Positions 13,680-25,899 of a DNA stretch of 64,000 nt are shown here, one piece after another (position 1 is the first letter of the stretch; each line of letters begins with the position of its first letter). The stretch covers positions 22,258,001 to 22,322,000 of the forward strand of contig CM060734.1 of NCBI GenBank assembly GCA_030704615.1. The letters are read 5' to 3'. The position numbers and the translations under genes are program-made. The notes under the pieces were generated by a model that did no database searches, had not been told where the DNA came from, and saw nothing but the letters and a program-made list of their open reading frames with translations. The stretch comes from Takakia lepidozioides. Taxonomy: Eukaryota; Plantae; Bryophyta.

Positions 13680-15452
13680 TGGAGGATCTTTGCCATATTC
13701 AAGCAAACATTACGTTTGCGCAACTCATAGCCATGGCGCCCACAGTCTGCCACACTCTTAAGGCATCATTGGTGAGGAAGCGAGTAAGTATTTCTGCTCA
13801 GGCCCACCATATCAATGCTCACCCAGGACCAGTAGAGATAGAAGTGGAAATTGCTGACCAATTCATACGGCGTTGTTTAGTGGATGATGGGAGCTTAGTC
13901 AACATCATGCCGTTCTCCACATAGAAAATAGACAGGAGGTTACACGTATGCAGTAGACTTCCAAATCATAGACTTCCCCATCGACGAATATTCGTATGCA
14001 CTCCTATTAAGGAGGCCATGGTTGGTCCAGTCCAGGGCACGAACAGACTGGGGGGCAAGACCATTACTTATGGGGTAAGACCTTACACTACTACTGTTGC
14101 ATTTCTTTCTGGAGCACCTCACAAAGAAACGGATGAGGATGAGCTCAGCATGATGGCTCTGAAGAGGAGTCTGCAGACTTGCATGAGGAGGATTTGTGGT
14201 CAGAGGGAGAGCTCCTCCCCACCTCACACGCCCACCAAGTTTTAGCAACAGCTGTCGCGCCTCATAGGGAGGTTAAGCGAGGAAAGGTAGGACTAGAAGA
14301 CGCAGTCAGGTCTCTAGGACCGGGATTGTATGAATGCGAGTCTGATGCAGACTGCATCGCCTGGTTGTTTGGAGAAAACCAAGGCAGGGAAGTGATGGTA
14401 CACTCGGTATCAACCGAGGCACTTCCGGAGTTCGAGTCATTGACCGAACTTTTTTCCATATCCGCCAAACGGGTTGAACAGGAGATGCCTCAGGAGAAAA
14501 ACAACGAGATTTTGGATATGAGAATTGTAGAGGAGGTCGACTTAGAAAGGGATGTCATGAAACATAACGCCCCCTACATTCCTTATTTGCAGCAGGGATC
14601 AAACGGATCTCGATTTGAGCCGAGGTCGTGTTTCACATCGGAACCAATGACGCAGTTGATCGACATGGCAGTTAGAGGAGAGTCACCAAAGATGGTGAAG
14701 GTGGGAGCCCACTTGACAACAGAGCAGGCCTTGGAGTATCAGGCACTGTTCAAGGAATTTCGGGACATCTTTGCATGGTCCTACACCGAATTGAAGGGAG
14801 TGCCTTCTTACGTAGCAATGCATTCCATTCCCCTGATTCCGGGAGCCACCCCAAGACGACAATGCAAGATGAGGGTGAACCCCAACTTAGCACTGTTCAT
14901 TAAAACAGAGATTGAAAAGCTGCTAGCCGCAGAATTTATTTTCCCGGTGGAAACATCAGCATGGGTGTCTCCGATGGTGATCGTCCAAAAGAAGAATGGA
15001 GGCCTAAGGGTATGCGTGGACTTCCGCTCCCTTAACAAGGTAACACACAAGGATCATTTTCCCTTGCCATTCAGAGATACTTTGGTGGAAGAAGTAGCAG
15101 GGAAGGAGCTCTACTCCTTCATGGATGGATTCTCAGGGTACAATCAGGTGTTGATTGACCCAAAGGACGTGTTGAAAACCACCTTTACTTCACCATGGGG
15201 CACCTTTGCCTATACACGGATGCCCTTTGGCCTGTGCAACGCACCCCTGACGTTTCAGAGAGTCATAACGTATGTCTTCTCAGACATCGTGAGAAGAAAT
15301 TTGGTCATCTTCTTAGATGACATTTGTTGCAATGGGGATGCAAAAGATCACGTTGCAGCATTACGGGAATGCTTCATCCGGTGCAGGGAGAATGAGATCT
15401 CTCTCAACCCAATGAAGTGTGTGTTTGCAATCACACATGGACTGCTTCTAGG
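13631..15452 (+). pseudogene. pol: pol 5' part: aspartic protease and reverse transcriptase
   Basis: CLVDDGSLVNIM protease motif; SAWVSPMVIVQKKNGGLRVCVDFRSLN, MDGFSGYNQ, MPFGLCNAP, IFLDDI. Confidence 0.95.
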
Positions 15453-15724
15453 CAGGGTTGCACACGTCAGTGACGTTACGTCACGTCGGACTTGACGCTG
15501 ACGCGACCAACATCACGTCACGTCACGTCGGACTTGGCGCTGACGCGACCAACGTCACGTCAGTTTTGCCGAAAAATCAGTAAAACATGAGTTAGGTGAA
15601 AAATATGCTACGTAGGTGGACACGTTGTATTCCAAGCGACATCTTGGCAAGTGAATGAATTGTTTTACAAATTACTCCATCCGCCAATAGTTGAGGTCAT
15701 TTTTAAATCATTATTGTTAAATTG

Positions 15725-16056
15725 GTGCGACCTCCAAATGGTGGTGGTCGCAGAATTTATCTTATTTTTTAATAGTTGCGACCACCAGCAAAGGGGTTGT
15801 CGCAGCATTTTTTGTTTTTTAAAAATAGATGCGACCACCAGCAGGGGTGGTCGCATTTTTTTCTTTTCTTAAACAGTTGCGACCACCGCTACTGGTGGTC
15901 GCATCTATTTTAAAAAAAAAAATGCTGCGACAACCCCTTTGCTGGTGGTCGCAACATTTTTCTATTTTTTAATATCTGCGACCACCAGCATGGGGGTGGT
16001 CGCAGCATTTTTCTGTTTTTTTAATAGGTGCGACCACCGGCAGGGGGGTGGTCGCA
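15725..16056. repeat. Array of short hairpins TGCGACCACC-N(3-6)-GGTGGTCGCA with A/T-tract spacers (left subterminal)
   Basis: About 7 palindromic copies at ~50-bp spacing. Confidence 0.9.
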
Positions 16057-16129
16057 GAATTTTCAATGTCATGCTGGTCTATCCTGCGGGGGAATAACTT
16101 TTGGGATCTGTTGACACAAGCGGGGAGAG

Positions 16130-17440
16130 AAAAGATGCACGTTATCAAGCAGGGTTGTTGACGAGTTACATCGATAAAATTGGAGCTGATAAAATTCTTT
16201 GATCTCCTTTTGGAAGATTGGGGAAAAGAATCATGGATGAAACAACTAATAAAAAAGGCAAAGTCGGTTGTGACGTTCATTCGTACACATCACATCCCTC
16301 TGGCATTGTTTAGAAAGCATGAACCCAAATACAGCCTTAGGAACCCGGGTGAAACCCGCTTTGCCACAAACTTTTTGATGGTGGATTGACTGGTGACTGT
16401 GAGGGCGGGTCTGGAGCAGGTGATCATTGACCCTCAATGGGATGCGTATGTGGGCACCTTACGTGACTTTCGTAAGTCCAAGTCTTTGAGCAAAAGTCGG
16501 AGGGTCCGCGCAATCATTCGCTCCGACGATTTCTGGGTGAAATGTGCAAATTTTGTGTACATGGTGGAGCCGGTGTTGATTGCATTGCGGGAGTTTGATG
16601 GAAAACAACCAATAATGGGTAAAGCATGGTTGATATTGGAAAACCTTGAGCAACACCTTGAGGTGTCCTCCATTTTCTATGGACGATGATTTGGCGGCAA
16701 GGACCGAGGATGCATTTTACAACCGCAAACGGATGGTTCGCACGGACTTGCATTATGCGCGGGCCTTGCTGAATCCATTCTTGCTGGACAATACGGATTT
16801 GAGAGACGATGTGGATGCCAAAGCCGGGCTTGTACGGGTCATCATGCAACTTGCGCCCTTGAACATGGCAGAGCGAGCGTTGTCCGAGTACCAGTGCTTC
16901 TCGGATTGGCAGAATCTTTTCCATGACATACCGGATCCAAAAGCAATGAACATGTTGCCACATGAATGGTGGGATCTGATTGGAGCTGGAGCAAGAACGT
17001 TAGCTCCCATTGCAAAGCGTATTCTTGCTCAAGTGTGCTCTGCCTCGTCCTGTGAGCGGAACTGGAGCAGTTACTCGTTTGTTCACAACAAGATTCGCAA
17101 CAGGTTGAATCCTGCCAGGGCTGACAAATTGGTTTATGTCTATACGAATTGTAGGCTACAGCGAGAGAGGAGAGCAAGTGACGCATCTGCATGGTACGAG
17201 AAGAATCTATTGTCTGAAGAATCTGCCTCAGAGGTCCAATCTAGCAGCAATGACGTCGCGAGGGACTTCGACTCCGACGGTTGGGATGGGTCCGATGATG
17301 TGGGCAATCCTCCACATGACCCATATGAATTTAATGATGATGATGCTGCAATGCATCCATCCTTCGATGACCTTGTTGTTGATGAACTGCGACATGTGTC
17401 ATCCCAATTGCGGACCAATGGAGCACATTCTCAACAATAA
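16130..17440 (+). pseudogene. hAT transposase (DUF659-type catalytic region and hATC dimerisation domain), 5'-truncated, with stops and frameshift
   Basis: PGETRFATNF; WWDLIG...LAPIAKRILAQVCSASSCERNWSSYSFVHNKIRNRL..ADKLVYVYTN. Confidence 0.95.
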
Positions 17441-18519
17441 AGTTGAGGTCAACTCTCCCCCACCACGAGTTCCACGGACTGCGGAAGATGTGCAGGTCGA
17501 ATCGTCGGATGTTGACAACCGGCCGTTGTCATTCCTTCACCGACATCGTGCCCCTATGAACCGTGCTTCATCTCACCCCGCTCCATCTCATGTTTCTCTT
17601 TCTCAAGCCGGTCCATCCCATGCTGGTCCATCTAGTCTCTCTCCCCCTCATGTAATTCCTTCCATCGCTACTCCGATCCTGGGAGATGGTTCTTCTGCTG
17701 CGGGACTTCTGCAAGTCGAACCATCAGATGACGACGACCGGCCATAGTCGTTTCATCTGGCCCGACGACGTCCGCATGTGAACCATGCTCCTTCGACCCT
17801 CGCTGGTCCATCTCATGCCCCTTCCTCTCATGTCGGCCCCTCTGATGTACGTGCGAGTAGCCTTCCTCATACGAGACCTGCTCCAAGGCCACCACGAAAT
17901 CCGGGACAAGCCCAAAAACGACAGAGAATTGTGCAACCTTTTGTTGGTAACCGACCTGTGAACATGCCTGATACCCTAGATGGTATTCATGATAAGAGTG
18001 GAAATCGACCAGAGAGACAACTGAATGTACTCTGAGGACAACTACAGGTCCAACGGCCAGTTGCCTCTGGAAACGAAAGAACAGATGGAGATCATGATTC
18101 TAGCACTGATCATGCGAACGGGGGTGAAGTGAGTGGGGACGAAGATTTTGTACTAGACGTGAGATCATACCATCGTCGTCGTGCCAGACGGAATTAGGTA
18201 CAACTATAACTTCTGTGACCTGTCACATGATGTGTAGTATGTTTCCATGGATATCCATGTTTCAGTTTGGGTACATGCATACGTCTACGGAAATAAAAAT
18301 GGTGGAATATATGTACCCAAGAAAGGGTTTGGTGGTTGTGCGTGTGTTTGTGTTTCGTCATTACCTTTACATTGTTGATTTCCTATTATGGTTTCGAAAG
18401 CCACAAAAGCCAGATGCAGCTCCCAACATTCATCTTCCCATTCACAAATCCATGGGGAGTCGATACATGTGCTTTTCATCTGCCTCTCCAAACATACATA
18501 CAGGTGCAAGGGACCAACC

Positions 18520-19362
18520 TCCCGGTGGTCGCACCTATTTTAAAAAAAACAATTGTGTGACCACCAGTAGCGGTCGTCATAACTGTTAAGATAAAAGAAA
18601 AATGTTGTGACCACCCCCCTACTGGTAGTCGCACCTATTTACTGATTTACTGATTACCCCTGCTGGTGGTCGCAAATTTTATTTTATTTTATTTTGGAAA
18701 ACACCTGGGAGCGATAGCTCACAAATCAGGCCCCTTAGTAGTAAGAGGAGAAAATAACCTCTTTCATTTATGCGCCAAGAGGCGTAGGAATGGGGCACCA
18801 CACACGAACCATACCACACCCATCAAGTAGCAAGATTTGACCCCAGAATCGTCCGGGTCGCACTCAATGCACTTAACCAACTGAGCTACTGACTGTTGGT
18901 AGATATTAAAAAATCGGAAAATTATGCGACCACCCCCTACGACCACCCCTGCTGGTGGTCGCATCTATTAAAGAAAAGGAAAATAGTGCGACCACCAGCA
19001 GGTGGTGGTCGCACCTATTTGTTTTAAACAAAATTTATGCGACCACCCCTCTGCTGGTGGTCGCGCCTATTAAAAAAAAGAAAAATTATGCGACCACCTC
19101 CCTGCTGATTTTTCTTTAAAAAAATCTGCGACCACCCCCCTGCTGGTGGTCGCACCCATTAAAAAAAAAAACAAATCTGCGACCACCCCCCTGCTGGTGG
19201 TTGCACCCATTAAAAAACATAAACAAATCTGCGACCACCCCCCTGCTGGTGGTCGCACCTATTAAAATAAATAAAAATTCTGCGACACCCCCTGCTGGTG
19301 GTCGTACATAATAAAGAAAAATAAATAAAAAATGCGACCACCCCTGCTGGCGGTCGCAGCTA
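18520..19362. repeat. Internal array of the same TGCGACC..GGTCGCA hairpins, interrupted by a SINE
   Basis: About a dozen copies with A-tract spacers. Confidence 0.9.
18690..18900 (-). mobile_element. tRNA-derived SINE
   Basis: Minus strand starts ACCAACAGTCAGTAGCTCAGTTGG (A box) and has GGGTCAAATC (B box-like); A-rich tail; second diverged copy at 28165-28390. Confidence 0.75.
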
Positions 19363-20035
19363 TTAATAGCGTGCACAGTCATGATGGCAGCGCGCGCCTC
19401 GAGTGTGGAGGGGGTGTATATAAGGCCTTGGAGGCCATTCTCTCCTCCACTTTCTCCACACCAGGACTTGGTGGGCGATGGGATGTTGCATTCCTTGTCA
19501 TTGAGTCCAAGTGGAGAGGGGTGCTATTGGGTGGGGGGGGGGTATTCTGGGCCGTTGGATTCTACGAAATCGATGTTGAGTACCTCTCGGGAAGCCCTCC
19601 TCTAGCACCCACGTTTTTTTCATTGCACATTGCGTCATATCACTTAGAACTACCGAGGGAGTGACACGTGCCTCTAGTACTTGGGGAGGATTCATTAGGG
19701 AGTAGGATTAGGTACGATTTAGGAGGGTTGGGAGAGCATTTTTCTTAGCAAACGCCTGTCAAGTAGGGGTAAGCCAAAGCCATAAATGGCGGAGGAGGAA
19801 GACAAAGGAGGTCATCCCAGGGATAACGATAATGAACCTGGACCTCCCAAAAAAAAAACCAAAAGGGACCAGACGCAAACTTCGTTGGGACATATACAAT
19901 GACCTCAACATTCTTGCGGAACCAGGTTGGGGAGTTGGGAAGTTGGGGGCAGCGGTGGTCGCTTGGTGACTGCAGGAAATTTGTGGACTGGGTGTCACAT
20001 AAATCGTTTGTGGCCAAAGATAGGCATGATCCACA

Positions 20036-20535
20036 NNNNNNNNNNNNNNNNNNNNNNNNNNNNNNNNNNNNNNNNNNNNNNNNNNNNNNNNNNNNNNNNN
20101 NNNNNNNNNNNNNNNNNNNNNNNNNNNNNNNNNNNNNNNNNNNNNNNNNNNNNNNNNNNNNNNNNNNNNNNNNNNNNNNNNNNNNNNNNNNNNNNNNNNN
20201 NNNNNNNNNNNNNNNNNNNNNNNNNNNNNNNNNNNNNNNNNNNNNNNNNNNNNNNNNNNNNNNNNNNNNNNNNNNNNNNNNNNNNNNNNNNNNNNNNNNN
20301 NNNNNNNNNNNNNNNNNNNNNNNNNNNNNNNNNNNNNNNNNNNNNNNNNNNNNNNNNNNNNNNNNNNNNNNNNNNNNNNNNNNNNNNNNNNNNNNNNNNN
20401 NNNNNNNNNNNNNNNNNNNNNNNNNNNNNNNNNNNNNNNNNNNNNNNNNNNNNNNNNNNNNNNNNNNNNNNNNNNNNNNNNNNNNNNNNNNNNNNNNNNN
20501 NNNNNNNNNNNNNNNNNNNNNNNNNNNNNNNNNNN
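20036..20535. other. Assembly gap (500 N)
   Basis: Run of N. Confidence 1.
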
Positions 20536-21426
20536 GGCCTAGATCTCACTGAGGAGCAGAGAATGGGGCCCATTCTAGCCAGACTAAAAAATGAGCTAGC
20601 TGCCCCAAATGCTAACCCCGTGATGGCTGGCAACTCCACCTCCGAAATGTAGAGAATGTAGTCACCCAATGATGTGGCGAGGGAGACCCTTCCCCAAGCC
20701 TAAGGATGTCATGCCAATGGTTTGGAACAGATTGCAGGATGGGGTTTATGCCAGAACAAGCCCTTGTGGCGCCTAGAGATGCAGTGAGAGACTGCGGCGT
20801 GCTTATCCAGAGGTGGGAGATCTGAGAGATCCTCTAGTTTCCCATGAGGCCCATTTTCTGGCTTGGCTTCTCTCTTGAGGGGTGGCACGGCTGAGTTTAG
20901 GAAAAGATGTTGTCTCCAGACCTCATGGAATGACGAAGGCTCTTGCTTTCTGAGAAAGGGTCTGAATTTTCCCCAGGCAGTCCAAATTGATTTCCAGAGC
21001 AAAGAGCCTAGGGATTTGTGATTAAATCCCTGAGTGATCCAGCAAATAAATGGGGCCCAATCCACTCCTTGAAGAGGGGAGCACAAGGCAATAGTCCCTA
21101 TCACAAGCAGTTTCCACCAGCCTCCTTCAGGCCCCAGCAATCTTGGCAACCACTTGCCAAGGAGGGCTCGAATCTGGGTTTATGGATCTAGCACCCCTAA
21201 TCCACCTGATTTTTTAGGGAGGCAAATCTTATACCAAAAAACTTGGTGGCGTTTGTTTTGAAGGTCTGAATGGGCTCCCCAAATAAAGTTTCTGATACAT
21301 CTCTTCATTTCTTTCATGAACTTCGAGCCCGGACTCCAAGTTGAGGCAAAGTACCAAATCCCAGCTAATAGTACCTGGTTAGCAGCCAGAGCTCTTCCGG
21401 TGATGGAGAGGAATTTAGAGCCCTAG
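20536..21426 (-). mobile_element. L1-type LINE ORF2 fragment (region C-terminal to RT), internally inverted
   Basis: Minus strand reads (W)GSKFLSITGRALAANQVLLAGIWYF...IRNFIWG...ICLPKKSGGLGV; the part that should precede it (LTEEQRMGPILARLKNELAA) is on the plus strand at 20536-20604. Confidence 0.8.
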
Positions 21427-22830
21427 AGTTCGGAAGCCGAGGAAGCAGAAGGAGCCCATGGCTTCGCCAGTAAAACCACTAGGGAGACTGGAAGCGGAGA
21501 TATTGGGTTTGCAGGCAGTTTCAGAAAACACGGATGCGGTGGAGGCCGCTGGAGATGTCGGAGTCGGATCTGCAGAAGGGCGGCCCATTCAGCTGACAGA
21601 AGCAGAGGACGACAACGTGGTGCGACTTGACGACGATCAGAACCTGCTGGAGCTTGCGGAGGAGCAAAACCTTCAGGACAGTAGACAGGCTGGTTGAGAG
21701 GGGATGTGAGGAAGTGAGAGAGTGATAGAAGTAAGAAACTGGTGGCGGGTATGCTCATGAGCGCACGAGACATGAACGTAGCAGCAAACAAGTTGCTGGC
21801 AGAGACTCATAGCAACATAGGCCGCGTTTTGGGCTCCATGGTGTATCCGGAGAACCTCAAAGTTCCTTTGTGTCGCATGGTTTAGCCTTCCAGTTGTAAG
21901 GCAAAACACTGCCAGGGGACATCGATCGACTGAAGCACAACTTCAAAGAGGGTATAGACGGGGGTTGGTAGCATTCTACGTTTCCATTGAGAATGACCAA
22001 GGTGTCACAAGGGGCCCCACTGCAGAGGAGCTTCAGAATTGGAGCCCCCACTGGCACACTGTAAATGCCGAGTTTGAAGCCTCTCTAAAGACTAATCCCA
22101 CATTCGCACACATGGAAGGGAAGATGTTCTTCGTTTGGGACGGGAACCACAGGATGCTTGCCTGGACAGAGTACATTGCTGAAATACATCCGCAAGATAT
22201 CAGTTGGCATTACATGGTGGACTGCATTGTCGTGAAGGTGGACGTCAGGGACAGAGGACGCTGAAGGGTGCCATGGCGGATATAAATATGTAAGTATACA
22301 ACTACATCCTGGTAGTGCCTTATTGCGGCGCCAAAATAGACAATGTTCTTGCCTGTCATGCACTCTATGAACTGGAAATTGGATTGCTGTGCCGAAATCA
22401 TATTTTCACGTTGTTTTTTTTTTTCTCCATGGCAGGGTAACAGAGAGGGCCTTCGTGGAAACTCATCTGGCACATACGCTCACAGAGTGCAAGAAGTGGG
22501 AACAACACCGCTGACAGACTTCCAAAAATCCCTCGATCCCGAGCTGTACAGGAAGTCCCTTGCGAAAGCAGATTGCACCTGGTACCGTCCAACACTGGAC
22601 GCCATGGTGGAGATCCTCTATTCGGTGAGGTTCATCTCAAATTTCCCGATTTAATGCTATTTGTTGCAGGGATCCGTGGCCTGACTGTATCCGCTGGGTA
22701 TGGGAATGCAGACGAACATCAGGGATGACTTGGCCTATGCCAAAAGGCAGTTCTTTGAGAATGATGCCCCCAACAAGGTGGACGCGTCGATAGAGAGTCA
22801 CATTGTGCAGGCAGGGAGGTTGTCGCGCAC
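21427..22830 (+). pseudogene. Multi-exon ParB/Srx-like domain gene fragment, homologous to the MULE cargo gene; truncated before any methyltransferase domain
   Basis: LKVPLCRM..; AFYVS; GKMFFVWDGNHRMLAW; WHYMV; next exon HRVQEVGTTPLTDF..TWY..ILYS|GT ends at the same intron position as the gene at 37717-38596. Confidence 0.85.
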
Positions 22831-23981
22831 CTCACTTCGGTAAGCTCCCCTTCAAGTCATAGTTACTCGCTTTGATGCGCGCGCCTGACTCCCAACCTTG
22901 CCGCCGGGCCAACTTGGAGCTTCGGCTGCTCACCGGGGCATAACGGTCCCCCTTTGTTCTCCCAAAGAACCCTCCACCGATTTGGAACCAGCGGGAATTC
23001 CCTTTGGTAGTTGGCAGTCCGGAACAGCTCCCCACTCTTTGGTCGCTTTCCGGCTCGCTCGCTTACTCACTAGTTTTTGGTCACCAACGGGCTAACACCG
23101 TTCTCGGGGTTACTACTCCCCTATATATACTTCTGTAGCTGTCCGCGGGGGTTTCACAACCAGCCATGCCATTTTATGGCGAACCACCACGAAGACCCTC
23201 GATTCCCGATGGTGAGTCGCGGTGAGTCTTGGCCCACTCACCGCGGCCCCAATGGACCGTGATGAGTCCCAAGACTCCCCACGACTCCCACCTCGAGGTC
23301 TCCACCCCATGGTGAGTCCTATGCCACCCCCACTAAGTCCCGCTAAGCTACCACCACCCCTTGTGGAGCCACCCCCACCGCAACCCGGTGTGCGGGGCTC
23401 CATCTAGTGAGCGCCTCCGCTTCCCTGAGTGCCTTGGGCACTCAAGGGTGCTTCAGCCCCCCATACCTATCGCTGCCACTGCCCCCACCACAGGGGCAGC
23501 CCCTCATGTGTCCCGACCCCGTGCCCTCAAGGCAAAGGGCCGCGACACACACCCCTACCAACAGGGAGTCGATGTCCTCATCGACTTGTCCATTTTGTAG
23601 AAACAAACATCCAAGTTGTGGCGTCCCACATCAAGGAGTTTGTTTCCGTACCATGGCGTCCCATGGCAAAGAACCAAACCCCACACTTGACTCTACTCTC
23701 CACTAGCTAGTTCGGCCGACTTCCTCCAAGTCCCGGCCAAGGGTGGAGCCTCTCAAGCTCCTCCCAGTGCACTCTTCTTGGCCTACTTCAAGGCCAAGGA
23801 CGATCCTCCCCGAGGATCGAATCGCCTTACTGCAACAACATTGCTTGCGACCGCTCATGATGCCGCTTTTGGCATCACCTTGAGCAAGGGTTCACCTGGA
23901 ACCCTCTTTGACTAGGAAGATAACTTTGAACCAACCGTGCGCCCCAATCACTACAATTGGGTCCGCCTTGGAATGCTGGCC

Positions 23982-25050
23982 TGAGGTACGGGAACACGCC
24001 GAAGCCGCACTACGACTTTGTCCCGAGGCTACACGATTATAGTACGTGAACGGAAGCACGTGGCTTCTGCGTTAGCCCGCACTACAAGCCAACCCCCTCG
24101 GTAGCGCAGTTATAGTACGCGCACGCGCCAGGTGCGCACTAGCACGTGAACTCCCAAAGAAGGCACAAGTTTCCTTGCCCCTCGGATGGGGGTCACCCGA
24201 TTTCGGCACTACACAAACACACGATTAACCCAATTTACCTCTCCCACTTTTTTAAGCTAGCATGCATTCTACACACTAGCCAACCATACCATGCATCACC
24301 ATTCCAAACAAAATAGGACGCACAACATTTGGAATCCGTTTCATTTATAGCACGTTTTGTACAATACAAGTTTTTGCAATCGGATTCCTAAGCTAGCTAA
24401 GCCGGGCTAAGCATGCATTTCCTCCCCCACGCTCCAAGGTTGATGTCCCCATCAACGCTTCTTCCGCTTTTGAGGTCGCCCTTCGAAAGCTGCGACCGCC
24501 TCGGATGCGTTTCCCATTTCTGAGGCACGCACCCAAGATGCCTCCACGTGATGATAGCCCTTACATTTGACGAGATTTCTCGGTTCTTGAACCTCCTTGA
24601 CTTAAGTATTGCCTCCACCTCGTACTCAGGTTCATTTTCATGATCCAACAGCATAGGTGGCGGACGCAACACTTGATGCCGATTCGGACGCGCTTCATCT
24701 TTGAAGTAAGGCTTCAAAAGGGAGACATGGAATACTGGGTGCACCTTGTTGTTTGCCGGCAGCTCCAATTCATACACATCCTTATTCATAACCTTCCGAA
24801 TGCGAAAGGGTCCCGCATACGGAGGTACGAACTTCGGACTCACTTCCGGAGGTAGTCGGAAATTCTTGATGTTCAACCAGACCTCTGTGCCTGCCTCAAA
24901 CTTCACTTCCCTCCGCTTCCGATTCGCCTGCCTTTCATACCGTTTCCTAGCTTTGGCAATGTTGTACTTTGCGAGCTTCAACAAACGCTCGCGTTCTTCC
25001 AGTACCACCGCTACTCCCGGTTCCTCAACGTCTTGGGCGGCCCAACTTGT
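23982..25050 (-). mobile_element. Chromovirus (Ty3) 3' fragment: integrase C-terminus, chromodomain, PPT and ~436-bp LTR (23982-24417)
   Basis: KFVPPYAGPFRI, VYELELP..VHPVFHVSLLKPY, EPEYEVEAILKSR; PPT GGGGGAGGAAA followed by TG...CA. Confidence 0.85.
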
Positions 25051-25184
25051 CGGCACCAGAGGTGCTTTTCCAGAGAGGGAAAAAAGTGGGTTGGAAATGA
25101 GGGGTAGGCCCTTATATACTGCCTGGAGAGGCCTGACGTGCGACCGCCTCTGTTGCCCATTCACGCCTCGCCACGTGTCCAGGG

Positions 25185-25652
25185 AGCGGTCGCACCTAAT
25201 AATAATAATAAAAATGTGCGACCCCCCATAAGCGGTCGCACCTAATAACAAAAAAGAAAAAGTCTGCGACCACCACCAGCTGGTGGTCGCACCCATTTAA
25301 AAAATAATTAAAAATGTGCGACCATCCCCTGCTGGTGGTCGCACCCATTTAAAAAATAATTAAAAATGTGCGACCATCCTCTGCTGGTGGTCGCATCTAT
25401 TTAAAAAAACTGAAAAAGTTGCGACCACCACCTGCTGGTGGTCGCACCTATTAAAAAAAATAAAAAATTGCGACCAACACCTGCTGGTGGTCGCACCCAA
25501 TTTAAAAAAAGAAAAAATGTGCGACCACCCTCTGCTTGTGGTCGCACCCATTTAAAAAATAAAATAAAAATGTGCGACCACCCCCTTCTGGTGGTCGCAC
25601 CTATTTTAAGAAAATAAAAATTTGTCCGACCAACCTTTGCTGACGGTCGCAT
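25185..25652. repeat. Right subterminal array of TGCGACC..GGTCGCA hairpins
   Basis: About 9 copies at 48-53 bp spacing. Confidence 0.9.
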
Positions 25653-25899
25653 GATTGACAATATAAATCATAATATATGAATTTTACAGATAATTAATGA
25701 AGTCCACGTAATGAGGCCACATCGGTTGCCACGTCGGTTCTCATAGTAAATAGTCAATAGTAAAGTAAAAAAATAAACATATTTATGTACAGTAACGTCG
25801 GTTTAGGACGTGACGCGACGCACGTCCGTCGCTGACGTCAGACGTGACGCTGACGTGTCAACGCCACGTCATGTCCAAATTTGCAACTAGGCTTCTAGG

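Larger units (their letters stand above)
15453..25891 (+). mobile_element. hAT-superfamily DNA transposon (10.4 kb including nested insertions and a 500-N gap)
   Basis: 8-bp TSD CTTCTAGG at 15445-15452 and 25892-25899; imperfect TIR CAGGGTTGCA / TGCAACTAGG; TGACG/ACGTC-rich subterminal repeats at both ends; hAT transposase inside. Confidence 0.9.

Noticed and set aside
18830-18900. Functional tRNA gene
   Set aside because: The acceptor stem and T-loop are degenerate, and it is joined to a conserved non-tRNA tail in both copies, which fits a SINE.
19899-20669. Long ORFs of 217-241 aa
   Set aside because: Artefacts of translating through the 500-N gap.
15725-25652. TGCGACC hairpin arrays as CRISPR arrays or rho-independent terminators
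   Set aside because: The spacers are low-complexity A/T tracts, and the arrays lie within a eukaryotic hAT element.
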